From contig OZ037766.1 in NCBI GenBank assembly GCA_964035545.1, forward strand, positions 29,390,640 to 29,454,639: a stretch of DNA of 64,000 nt, written 5' to 3'. Shown here one piece after another: positions 13,743 through 26,923 of the stretch (position 1 is its first letter; every line of letters starts with the position of its first letter). The position numbers were made by a program, and so were the translations under genes. The DNA comes from Bugula neritina (Eukaryota > Animalia > Bryozoa). The notes under the pieces were generated by a model. That model made no database searches. It had not been told where the DNA came from and saw only the letters and a program-made list of their open reading frames with translations.

Positions 13743-16700
13743 ATGATACTTCCATATGGCGTATCTGCATGTCTTATACTTGCAGTTATACTTATTGTCC
13801 TAGGAACTGTGTTTTGGCTTTACCAGGTGAGTTCAACAACTTTAACTTTCACGTTTAATTAGTCAATTACTCTTAGTCTTAGTCTTAGTAATAGTAATAC
13901 TAATAGTAATACTAATAGAGTAATAGTATTAGCATTACTAATGCTATTACATTACTATTACTAATACTATTAGTATTACTATTAGTATTACTATTAGTAT
14001 TAGTATTACTAATAGTTATTATAGTAATACTAATAGTAATAGTAATACTAATACTAATAGTAATAGTAATACTAATAGTAGGCCTAATACTAATAGTAAT
14101 AGTAATACTAATACTAATAGTAATACTATCAACTATAACATTAACTATTACTATTAATATTACTATTAGTATTAGTATTACTAATAGTTATTATAGTAAT
14201 AGTAATACTAATACTAATAGTAATACTAATACTATTAACTATAACATTAACTATTACTATTAGTATTAGTATTACTATTAGTATTAGTATTACAGTAATA
14301 CTAATAGTAATACTAATAGTATTAGTATTACTTTCAGTATAAGTGAGTGACTATGACCATAATAATAATCATAATGATTACTAAAACTATAACCAGATTA
14401 GGTATGACATTAACCACAAATTGAAGTATAACTATAAGTATTATATCATTTTGATGACTGTTAGTGTTAGTATTACTATGACTTTAGTATGACTATGGCT
14501 ATCAGCAACTGCAAAGTGCAATCAGCAATGACAAGCTGAATTATTATCAAATTAAACTGTCAGTGCCAATATGAATATATTTGTGCTTATGTCTATAGTT
14601 ATAGTTATACTTATACTTATAGTGATACTAATAGTAATACTAACTCTAATAGCAAATGTTTTACTAATAATAATAGTAATAGTTTAATGGATAATACTAA
14701 ATGTAATGCTACTAGTGGTAGTACTGGTTAGACTTTATAAAATATTATTTTTAAATTAAAAGAATTTCATATTAAAATCGATTTTGAAATTTTAAATGAA
14801 ATATTCATGATCTTAACCTCATGAGTTACAGTAAAACATACTTGAAGTTGATAATCAGTTTCTTAGTCATACTAAACTTGCATTTACACGTCTTCCTAAA
14901 TTTTACTTTGAACAATTCTAAACAGTTAGAGTTTAAGCCTGACCTTCACCCCATAAGAGTAATGCTACTAGTACTAGACATTTGAGCACAGTAAGATTAA
15001 TGTAAACTGTGTAATAAAAATTTAAATTGAAGGTAAAACTAAATTTATTAGTCTATGATTTTCTGTAATGTTGTATGTTGATATTTATTGGTACTGGGTT
15101 TGAGAGAGAGCTTGATTGTGCTCAAACTCAATTGTTTAAGATACTAGTAGTTGTTTCATGCTTCGTAATTTTGTTGACTCAAAAACAAAAATGATTGACA
15201 ATCTCCTAAAATGGGCAGCTGACTAGTGAAAAACGGCATTATGATTGGTTTGTTTTTCATTGTAGGGATCGAACAAGATATCTACAATTCCTGGACTTGA
15301 ACCTGGCTCCGGCTCGTACGTTTGTTTTTTGTATTATGATATTTGAGCAGTTTTTGTGGAAATTGTAAAAAAGTTAGTGCAGTATGATTTCAATTTTACA
15401 CCATAGTTCCTTTTCAATAAACAATTCAGTTTAAATAATTTATAATTATATGTATATCATACCACGTTTATATTGTTTTATTGAAATACTGCCTACGATT
15501 ATGTGGCAATAGCTATAGCATATTAGATAGCTATAACTTATGATTGTTTAACTGTAGGATGTAACTTTCTTAAATGTACAGCTTGCATGTGTCTATAGAT
15601 TTAGATCACTCTTCCCTTTAGAAAAGCAATAGACTAACAGTAGAGGATTTTACTAAATAATGCTAGATAATGCACTATAAATGTTTAGCATGCTGTGATA
15701 ATTGTAACATCTTCTATTACGTATGAAAATTAGCATACTAATTTTTTCGACTCTCTTAATACCTGACAACATCTATTGCAGAGATGGAAATATTCTGGAC
15801 GTTCAAAGTGCTGGTAGCATGGCAGAGTTTCTTGACAAATTACACAACGAGTTTGGGCCTATAGCCTCCTTCTGGATTGGGAAAGAGTTTACTGTTAGCA
15901 TAGCCAGTCCCGAGCTGTTCAAAGAAGTTTCGCATATGTTTGATAAACCAGGTAACTTGTTTGATGACTGAAAACACTCTAAGCAGAGCACTACTTACCA
16001 CATGTAAGCAGCTATAGTTGTACTGTTTTCTTACTACATATCATATTTGTAGTAGGTACGGATACGATACTCACTGACTGTGTATAACTTTCAGTTTTTA
16101 TATTGTAGTAACTCTGTTTAAAAGCCTTGAATCACTTATTGGCCCTCAAAGCATTCAATACAAAAATGGACCTGAAGGCCAACAACTGAGAAAACTTCAT
16201 GACAGGTCCTTTACTCAGGCCAAGGTCGTCTCTCAGATGGCTCTCCTTCAAGAGGTGTAGATTTGAGTCATTTCTCTTTGCTATTCTTATAGATTTCAAA
16301 AGTCGGCTTTAGATTAATCTTGTACAAGTTTCCTTATGTGGCCTGTCAACAGGCTGGACAATACTGAACATATGCTAACTGAGTTAGACTAATATTTTGT
16401 CCTATAGTTTCGAGTTGGAGGATAAAACATAGAATTGACCTAGCCATCATACTATACCGTAATTATTCTATCCTATTTTGTTCTATCCTATCTTCTGTTT
16501 TCTATTCTATCTTATGTTATCCGATCCTGTCCCATTTCAGTAGAATGAGAGATTTTTCCCGCTATGTCAAAAATGCTCTCATGTTTTCAGTTAAGACTCT
16601 TTGCTATGGTATAGTTTCATCTACTATATCATTTGTTATAATGCACTATGGTGTAAAATATTATGTTGTAATACACTATGTTATGATACACTATGTTATA

Positions 16701-19700
16701 ATATACTATGTTATAATATACTATGTTATGATACACTATGTTGTAATACACTATGTTATAATACACTATGTTATGATATACTATGTTATAATATACTATG
16801 TAATCATATACTATGTTAGAGTACAATGTGTTGTAATAGTTAATACACTGTATTTTACTTTTATAAGTCTTCTTTTTCAGTTAGCTGAAGAGGTTCTGAA
16901 AAAGTGGAGCAAGATGGCCGCTGCTCAAGAACATGTACCACTTGAAAGGCACATGTCGCCTCTTGTCATGAAATCTCACACTCGTTTTGCTTTTGGTGAA
17001 TATTTCAAAGATGAGAAAGCGTTGCTAGCTTTCAGAAATGAGAGTGATTTTGTGAGTGATACAGTAGATTTTGTATGTATCCTTGTTACTACCTTCAATT
17101 GTTTTAGGTCATTTAATTGCTTGGCATCAGAAATACTTCTTTGTGAAAATTGACTGTCAAGCATACTTTCTCTTTTGTTTCTGCTCTAACTTATGTGGAG
17201 GTCAATGGTAATGTAAGCTGATCATACCAGCAGCTGATCATTGGGTGCTCTGCCCTATCTACATCATCAATTTCATCTATAAAGAGAGAAGCCCACGGTT
17301 TCCTAGCATCTTTTTGATTTCTGAGTACTTCAATCGCCTGCTGTCATTTTACACCAAAGTCATCATGTTATGTTCATGTTCTGGTGTTGACAGTGTTTCT
17401 GGGCGATGGAGAAAACATTAGTGGAAGGACCAATGAAACCCGGAAGTGATCGAGAGAAAAAGTTCAAGGAAGGTAAAATGAAATGTTTTGTTATTTTGCA
17501 TTATACTTGTAGATCTTCTATTCACCTACATAATTTATATATTAATAGACACAATATTATTTAAGTTATTGGTATAATTTATCTCCCTTTATTTACTATC
17601 AGCTACCTGGATATACCTGTATTCACCTGTATTTACCTGTATCTTGATATTTAATGCCAGGTATTCAACGCTTGAGAAATGTCACTCATGAACTTATCCA
17701 AAAGAGAAAACAGGAAGAAATATCTCCAGATGACCACATATTGATTGGTAAGAGGTGTTTAGTATTTATATATTCTCGTATGACATGTGGAATATATGAC
17801 CAAATAAATGGAACACACATGATGTATTAAGAGCTGGCAAGAGCTGTTGTGTGTGTCTATATTTTTGTAAGGTATGTAAAATCAAGGACTAGATACATAA
17901 AAACACTCAATGTAGTAAAACTTTGATTTACACTAATTTTTTTATGTCTGTTGTTCATTTTGACAAGCTGGTATAAAATACTTTCTTTAAAACACAAGTT
18001 TTAGCTAGTAAATAAGTATATTCTGTTATGGACGTTGTCTTATACTAGCCAATGGTTTGAAATGTACAGTATTATTCATCACTTGTCAAATTCTAGTATT
18101 ATGAGCAGTATAATGTATGTCTCCTAATCACAGATACTTTAATGGAGAATTACACAGATGAGGACATGATATTTTCTGATGTCATCTCATACTTGACTGG
18201 AGGAGCTCACACAACGACATTCTGTGAGTTGAGCTGAAAGATATATTTATATAGCTCTGCGTCGGCAGTTTTCACTGCGATGACTCATATTGACTTTGTA
18301 TAATATAGTGTAGACTCTGTATAATCTACTGTTTACTTTGTATATCTACTGTTTACTTTGTATATCTACTGTTGGCTTTGTATAATCTTGTGTAAACTGT
18401 GTATAATCTACTGTTGACTGTGTATAACATACTGTTCACTTTGTGTAATCTACTATAGACTTGGTAACTAATATTAGTAATGTTTCACTTCCCTAGAATT
18501 TAATGTATTTAGTACTGATTCTTTGTGTAACTTATGTTTACCTTTAGTACTGGTCAATCACTTACCATCCCACTAGATTACTTGGAAATTAATGCATGCA
18601 TAGCTAATCTATTGGAAAATGTTAACATGTAAGCGGTTAAGGTAGAGTTTAGACTAGGATTATGATTATAATAAGTAGTTGTCCGATGCGGGAGATGTGC
18701 CAAGTTCTAGAATATATTATTAACAATCATTCTGAGTATATCTTATTTGATTTTGTGTTACTTTTCTTCTCCTGTCCAACATTGATACATATTTTAGTTA
18801 TGACATGGGCCTTATATTTCCTCGCTACACATGAAGACATGCAGGATATATTATATGCTGAAGTGACTAAGTACTACAAAGGAGGTCCCATAACTTGGGA
18901 CACGATTAAAAACATGACGTATGTTGCATTTTTTACCTTTCAGTGTTTGATATTGCGCTTACATTCAATTTGGCTGGTTTTGTAGGACTGAACTTGTTAT
19001 CATAGTACAAAAAATTGCTTTTTGTGAAGACAGTTCTTTTACAAATTGTAAGTCAAAAGAAGTTCAATAGAGTTGCTGTTAGCTGTAAAGTGATTATGTA
19101 ATCAGGGAGTTGTATTTCTGAAGCTTTTAAACTGTAAGCATTTCTAACTTTTATGTGTAGAGGAAGTTATATTGTTATGCTAGTTCAACATTTCTATTAA
19201 ATTTGATTTTATAAATATTACTTATTTCTAATGTATATGAATTTTAGTTACTTGGGAAATTTTATGAAGGAGACTCTTCGACTCTCCAGATTGGTTCCCA
19301 TCGCTGCCCGTCTTTCCTCCGATGAAGGTCAGCTCGGTGGTCATGTGATACCAAAAGATGTAAGTCTGTCTTTTCAACATGCTTCAAAACTGCTTTGTTA
19401 TAAAATTCTTACTACTTGCTGATACACTTCCAAGTAGTTTATACATAAACTAAACAAATAAAGCTGTGTTTAGGTATAGCCATCAGTAGTGCCAACAGTC
19501 ATACTAGGAGAAGACAACTAAGACAATAGGCAACCTCAATGATGTTATATTTTTCTAAATGATCCTGAGATTTGTTTTACCTTTTACAATACAATAATGT
19601 TGGGAGGCAAAAAGTTGTATGGTAACTTGCGGCTATATAGTAAGTTTCTAGACAGATTGGTTTTGTGAATGTAATTTTCTGGTGTTACACTCTTGATAAC

Positions 19701-21734
19701 AAAACCACTGCAGTTTTAGCATGTTAAAACATTGAGTTATTTTTTGTGGTTTTATTCACAATTATATTTATTTCTTTGATTTTGGTGAAACAACTGTACC
19801 TGTTGTCATATTATCTGAAAATTGAAAACATGCTTTTTGACCCTTAAGAATTGAGCTAATACGAATTAGTAAACTTTAAAAATCCTGTTAATTTAATAAA
19901 ATCTCTACAATATTCAAGTTCTAGCTTAGAGAAATAAACAAGACGTTTTTCCAAGCAATTTAAAAGTATTAGTGAGAATACATATTTTATATATTGTTGT
20001 GTTTTAATATAGAAAAATATTTATTGTCGCAGACTGAGAGAAAATAACAATGTGAAAACTGTTACATCATAAGTTATATCTGTAGTAGCAAGTTGTAAGC
20101 GGCAATTGTAAAGGTAAGTGAAAATGCTGGGTTTTTATACCAGTCAAAAGGTTAGCTATTGTGTAGTAGCCATAATGAGTGTGGAAAAAGCATAATATAG
20201 ATGATACATGAAAAGCTATAAAGAATTAAAGAAAAGCTTTCCCAGCGTATGTAAAGTCCCAACATATATTTTTTTAATTTTTATTTTATTGGGTTTGTAA
20301 CAACAGATTTAGCTCATGCTTGAATTTGTTTTCTCTTTGTGTCTTATTTTCGATTTAATCTTCATAAAAATAGCGGTAAAGGCAGAGAGCACACAACTAG
20401 TGACTTGGTCATAACAGTTCAAGGGTAATTGTTTTGTGTGCCTGTGATTCCACGTCAATGTTTTGAGATCTTGTAAGGAAATGTTCTTGTTCTGTAGACT
20501 CCAATAATAACATCAATAGGGACTGTGTCAATTGACAAGAATCTTTGGAAGGATCCGGAAACGTGAGTACAATTTACTTCCTTCTCTTTTACTACTCAGT
20601 TCTTTGTTTGTAGTTATCTTTCCTTCGGCAGATACATTTTACAATGTTCTCAAAAGATAATATTTTTAGTTGACTAATTTTTATTTTCTGGTCTCAGTTT
20701 GATTATAGATGCTACTTTTCTCGTATGTCTTGTCCAAAGCCTATATCAATCAAATTAATATAATTATCAATAAAAATTCTGTTCATCTTCACATACTTGC
20801 CATGTCAATGGTTGTTTCCTTTAAAAAAGATATAAATATATTATTTCTCCTGGTTTTTATGTTTCACCTCCCTAGGTAAAATTGAATTGTTTTGCACTTG
20901 TACTTTTTATCATTGTCCATTCTTGTTCGTTTATTTTTTTATTCTTGTGTTAGGGTTAAGAATTTGCAATAATGAACATTAAAATGTTGTTTAATTTAAA
21001 TTTTGCTGAAGTTTATATATCTGGTTAGTCAGTAATACCCGCAGCAACAATTGTGATATCGTGACTTTGTTTAATCTGTTACTATATATATTAGTTGTTC
21101 TGTTGCTTCTTTTCCAGCTTTAACCCTGATCGGTTTAATGAAAAACCTCCAAGGTTTGCGTTTGAACCATTTGGTTTTGCTGGAAAAAGAAAATGCCCAG
21201 CCTATCGACTTTCGGATGTGGAAGCCAGCATTTTCATGATACTAACCATCAAACAATTTAAGGTAAAATACTGTGTGAGAATTTGTGTACTCTTCTTATC
21301 TAGCATACTCAAACATGTTTCATTTTGGATGAGATTATAAATTTATTTTCTCAGCTTCTAATATTAGTATAGCTTTTAAATGTGAATTTTATAAATATGA
21401 TCATTATATGAGCTTTTACATATTTCGTTAACTTAGCCTGTAAAATGACGATAAATAAAATTATTGCAATTGCCTAAACTCATTGCACTTTATCTGCTAA
21501 AAATGGTGGTGGGCCTAGGGCCACCACCATTTTTCATTTAATTAACAATTGCAATTTTCAATTTAATACCTTTTCTACAGTTTGCTTTCTTGTAAAAAAT
21601 TTTTTTATCAGTTTATTAAGCAGCTTTTTGATTGGTAGGTTGCTTTGGTTCCTGGCCAAGTAGTCAAGAATTTGTATGGATTTGTTACTAAACCAGCTGA
21701 TGAAATATGGCTGACAGTGCAAGAAAGGAAGTAG
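13743..21734 (+). CDS. CYP20A1: Cytochrome P450 CYP20A1-like, copy 2 (complete, 13 exons, 471 aa)
   Basis: Exons 13743-13826 (membrane anchor MILPYGVSACLILAVILIVLGTVFWLYQ), 15266-15315, 15782-15951, 16109-16254, 16881-17051, 17394-17472, 17661-17747, 18134-18223, 18798-18918, 19248-19359, 20498-20562, 21118-21262, 21639-21734. Exons 2-13 have the same sizes as copy 1. Motifs [27 protein letters not shown]. Confidence 0.92.
13872..14335. repeat. AT-rich low-complexity array of TAGTAA/TACTAA/TAGTAT hexamers in both orientations
   Basis: Visible at the start of CYP copy 2 intron 1. Confidence 0.85.
16635..16818. repeat. 15-bp minisatellite (CTATGTTATAATATA-like)
   Basis: About 11-12 tandem units in CYP copy 2 intron 4; a degenerate version sits near 5740-5830 in copy 1. 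Confidence 0.85.
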
Positions 21735-22422
21735 TTTAACATTTCTTATCTTATATTATGTTATTAAAAGATTATTCATTTACTTATTTTTATCACAAAT
21801 TTTCTAGTCTTATTTCTATAAAAATTTGTATTTTTGCTACATCTGAATGTTGGTGTTCTATGATTCAACTGAATTTGGAATACAAATAGTTGAATAATTT
21901 TTATTATTGCGTTGAGTTACTTTTTTTACTTTTATTATAGGTTTGGCTTTCATATTTTGATTAACCATTTTAGCTACTAATTTTCTTCATTGTTACTATT
22001 TTTTTTATTATTGATCGATATACTAATATAGCAAATATTTGACTATCTGCTCTTTTACACATTGAATTGTGGAATCTTGATCACGCTGAAAATTGACATT
22101 GATGTTGGCTTTACTTTGATGACATTTAGGTCAATAAAATATTTTCAGCAATTAATCTACTGCATTGAAAAATTTTCGAGACATCTATGTACATGGAAAT
22201 TGCATAAAAACTAGTGAATTATCATTAGTTGTACATCTTTTGGTTTACCAAATCATTGTTTAATCAAATGAGTTTGATTTGAACATTTTAATTATCGCAC
22301 TATATCTAGAACCACTATGATCCAATGAGAAATTAAAAACTTTGTTATAAATCAGTTTAGATTAAGAACAAAATATTTTGGAAGTTATTTACTCACCACA
22401 TGGCACTCCATAACACGGTAAT

Positions 22423-22435
22423 ATATATATATATG

Positions 22436-22525
<90 letters not shown>

Positions 22526-22538
22526 CATATATATATAC
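22423..22538. repeat. (TA)n microsatellite
   Basis: Visible. Confidence 0.95.
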
Positions 22539-23026
22539 TGCAGCAACTCGTGTTAAGAAATTACTGACTTATGCTTTGCATTGTAAAAACTGCTGTGGAA
22601 TATTCTCATAATTTCAAACAGTAATTTTACTTTAAAAGTGATAAAAACATGATGGTGCTTCCTAACAGGTATAACATGCTTCAGATTATGATGAAAGATA
22701 TTATTTATACATTACATAACACAAATTACGTACGCAAAACCCATCATCTGATAACATTTCCCTAGAGACTTGAAGTACAAAACGCTTGACATATAAAGAT
22801 ATTCAAGCTGATTTCATATTGCACAGCACACTGTAGCCTAGCAATTTGAACTGATTCAATGATAGCTTGATTATACTAGCATTGTTCTCTTTAAGTGTTT
22901 CCTTAAATCTCAGTTTAGGTTGATTTACTTTTTAATAAAGTTATTTGTTTAAAATAAAAATAAAAATTCAACTGTTGAGAAATTCTTTTACAAGGAAGAA
23001 TTACTCATATCTACTTCAAGCTAAAC

Positions 23027-23063
23027 TATAAAACACAGCGCAAATACAGATGTGATATCATTT
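23027..23063 (+). promoter_or_regulatory. Putative TATA box plus initiator of the BRICHOS gene
   Basis: TATAAAA at 23027-23033 and TCATTT (Inr-like) at 23058-23063, about 31 nt apart and ~70 nt upstream of ATG 23131. Confidence 0.45.
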
Positions 23064-23130
23064 CTCTGTGTAACTTGCTACTCACCAGAGTTATACAGGA
23101 GATACTATATTAGGAATCCAGAACTCTATT

Positions 23131-25758
23131 ATGAATAGTAAAGAGATACAAGTAAGTACAGAGCGTCACAATTTAAAGTGAAGTTTAATACAACATATTA
23201 CAAGTTTAATATTGCCATACTAATCTATATTTTTTTAGAAACTGCATAATTTTCTTCACATTTCATTTTTATAGCATTATACACATTTTTATTAAATTTA
23301 AGTCTCATTTAATAAAAATAAAATGGTTTTCCATTTTAGTTCATCACAAGAAAATTTAAAAAATATACATAACAATTTCAATGCTGTGTCTATTAAATGA
23401 TTCATCAGCAGGAAGAAGTGACCAGTTGTAAAGTGACAAGTAAACTGCAGGTGCTTGCTATGACGATCTTCATACTGGCAGCTCTTTTGACAACTACTGT
23501 AGGTGTTCTCATTTATGCTGCCCTAGTTCCCAATGTGTCCTGTGTTCCTACAACTAGACAGCCTGCTGACTATGAAGAAACTATACATACGGTGAGTTTG
23601 GTACAGAAGCTGTTGTCATATAGTGCAACAAATAAACTAACAGTTTAGTATTCAAAAAAGTATAACCACATATCAGACAGTTAGCATAAATAAGTGATTT
23701 AACAAGAAAAAAGTATGGCTAAATAGCAGTTTTTTGAAAATACCAGCTTTTACAGTAATTTGTACACTGCAGTTTTATACTTGATTTAAGAATAATTTAC
23801 AATATGGATATATTGTAAGTTTTAATAGGAACGGTTAAAAACAGATATTATTCTAATTTTAGAAAAAATAAAAGTATCATGTAGCAAAACATGCTGTACG
23901 TTTTCGAACTAATAAATAATACAACTTTCTATGTTTGTATATAATACAGGATCAGGAATACGATATAGAGCTAGCATTCAACAGCAAGGAAAATATTGTC
24001 ACTTTAACGTCCAGAGCTGGCAGCTTCGATTTAGAAGACTTCGAAAAGGTAAATAAGAAAAAAATAAAGTTATTTAAACAGATTGGTGAATAAATAAAAT
24101 CATAAAAATTTAGGATGCTTATACGTGACTTATACAGTATATATAACAAACCACTAGCATTCAAAACTACCACAGCAATTATAACATAGGCATAGTAACC
24201 TGTATTTTATAGTTGCGTATTTTATTGCATGTTTAATTGACCTTGTAGTTCACAGAATTTATTTTATTATGTCATGTTGTTTTTATACATGATGTGCAGT
24301 TGCCTTGTCCAATAAATTAATATCACTTTGTAATTAATATATATAACTATTTCTTAATGATTTTATAGGACTTGAATGAGTTAGTGAAGCAGCAAAGCTT
24401 ATATGCAACTGTTATTCTATGATATGAGTTTTATATTAAACATAGTAATTCACACTTATTGGAAACATTACGTCTAATGTTGATAATTTTGTGTAAATAT
24501 GTTATTTGCTTTGATGGTAAATTAGGCGCCTTAATTTCTAAAGACTGATCACTCTTTAGTTAAATTGATAAATCTATATTTTATATAAATGATTTTGTTT
24601 ATGTAATATAATATGTAGGACATGTAATATAATATGTAGGACATGTAATATAATATGTAGGACATGTAATATAATATGTAGGGCATGTAATATAATATGT
24701 AGGACATGTAATACAATATGTAGGTCATGTAATACAATATGTAGGACATGTAATATAATATGTAGGACATGTAATATAATATGTAGGGCATGTAATATAA
24801 TATGTAGGGCATGTAATATAATATGTAGGGCATGTAATATAATATGTAGGGCATGTAATATAATATGTAGGACATGTAATATAATATGTAGGACATGTAA
24901 TATAATATGTAGGGCATGTAATATAATATGTAGGACATGTAATACAATATGTAGGTCATGTAATACAATATGTAGGACATGTAATATAATATGTAGGACA
25001 TGTAATATAATATGTTGGATATGTGATATAATATGTAAGATATGTAATATAATATGTAGAACACGTAATACAATATGTAGGACATGTAATATAATATGCA
25101 GGGCATACACATAACTAAAGACCTCAATTCTGGCATCTGTTATGTGCTGCCGTCCACACAATCCGCTGCCGAGAGTGACCTCCTCACCGAGCACTTTCAA
25201 GTAGGCCGGAGCAATGTGACAGTTGAGATCAACTTCACACCTGTCAGGGTGTACCCCAGTATGATTACAGACACCAGTTTTATACCAGCTGAAGCTCATG
25301 GTCATTGTGTAAATGGGTACCAGTGGGCTTCTATCTTCCAACCAGTTTCAACATCTGGTAAGTATACCATTGAATATATTAATAGCAATATCATATTATC
25401 ACAAGGCAGTTAAGGAGTCAACATATAATGTAATTGGAAATAAACATACATTTAATATTTAATATGAAAAATTAGACATCAGAAAATGCCATAAATTATT
25501 TTTGGTATTGAAAAATGATATGTCCCTCTATATAGTTACTATCATCACTAAAGAGAATGAACTACGCAATGCAATTTTATGAATTTGTTGACTAAAAGCT
25601 GCATATACAAATCAATACTAAAAACGCATGATGGTTGCATATTTACCATAACCATATCACAATGATATAAGTTAAATGAATTATTGACTTTTCTTTTAGG
25701 AATTGTTAAGAGAAAAGCCGATGTAACAATTGAAATTAAACTCATTATCAAAAAATGA
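23131..25758 (+). CDS. Type II membrane BRICHOS-domain peptide precursor, isoform a (~204 aa; C-terminus GIVKR-KADVTIEIKLIIKK)
   Basis: Exons: 23131-23151 (MNSKEIQ); 23412(or 23409, NAGNAG)-23591 (TM helix VLAMTIFILAALLTTTVGVLIYAALV); 23950-24048; 25102-25357; 25700-25758. All GT-AG with matching phases (0,0,0,1). BRICHOS-like signature DFEKGIHITKDLNSGICYVLP...ITDTSFIPAEAHGHCVNGYQWA with the two expected Cys. AATAAA near 25864. Confidence 0.8.
24601..25101 (+). repeat. 21-bp minisatellite TAATATAATATGTAGG(A/G)CATG, about 24 copies, abutting BRICHOS exon 4
   Basis: Visible tandem units; the last unit supplies the real acceptor (ATGCAG|GGCATA). Confidence 0.95.
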
Positions 25759-25927
25759 TTTGTTTTTGAACTATTATCACAATTTCGAACACAAAAGAAA
25801 ACAAAAACCACAACTTTGCTAGTGTAAACACATCATGCTGTATAATAATGTTTTTATAATTAAATAAATAAACAAAAAGACGGTGCCAAAACATTATAAC
25901 ATTATGTTGTTGATGTTTTTTTTCTAG

Positions 25928-25986
25928 GTGTTGAAAAAAGAAAAGCTGATGTATCAATTGAAATTAAAATTGTTGTCAAATTTTAG
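25928..25986 (+). CDS. Alternative terminal exon 5b of the BRICHOS precursor (GVEKR-KADVSIEIKIVVKF*)
   Basis: Strong acceptor (T)nCTAG, same phase 1 and same 59-nt coding length as exon 5a, homologous sequence, own downstream AATAAA near 26146. Confidence 0.72.
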
Positions 25987-26538
25987 TTATAATCACTGGC
26001 ATACTATTTGCATTAGTTTGTGTGCTTTTATCTTCTTTACATAAATATCTATGACAATATTTATGTGTATGATAATACTTTTAGATCAGATTTTGTTCTG
26101 CTTTATACTTTTTGTAACATTTACCTGCTGAATTTATTTTATGAAAATAAACTTACTAAAACGGAACAGCAAAAAAACTGTTTTACTTATATAATGATCT
26201 TGAGGAACAACTGTGTGCAGAAATGAAAATACAGTATGCATTCTAAGTCATAGAATTAATTCTTCTTGCAAGTTAATCTAGCAAAATTTTAATAGTTTGA
26301 ATGTATTTTTAGCTTTTCCAAAGTACTACTTGAAAATGCCTTTTAACAATCAGAATATAGATCTATGTTAAACTGATACCCTACGCATACAGTTCTAATG
26401 CTATAATAAAATATGCTGTCATGTTTTTGCCAAATTTTAGTATTCTGATATTAAATTAAACCTTATCAAAAAAAATATATCTGTTCAGCTTTTATTAGTT
26501 ATATATAAGGCTCAATATAGTTGACTATATAAAGGAAG

Positions 26539-26923
<385 letters not shown>

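Noticed and set aside
16545-16880. N-terminal extension of the 202-aa ORF (VIIYY repeats)
   Set aside because: This is a 15-bp intronic minisatellite in frame with CYP exon 5, which starts at the acceptor before 16881.
24601-25101. CRISPR-like regular repeat array
   Set aside because: Units are head-to-tail with no unique spacers, the context is a eukaryotic intron, and there are no cas genes.
24549-25341. Long His/Tyr-rich heptad ORFs (HIILHVL / YILYYMS), also at 33699-34364
   Set aside because: They are translations of a 21-bp minisatellite that lacks stops on that strand, plus the antisense of BRICHOS exon 4. There is no independent evidence of coding.
4500-25986. P450 plus peptide precursor as a RiPP-like biosynthetic cluster
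   Set aside because: Only adjacency supports it. A microsomal P450 catalytic domain faces the cytosol while the BRICHOS client peptide would be luminal, and the peptides have almost no aromatic residues for typical P450 cross-linking.
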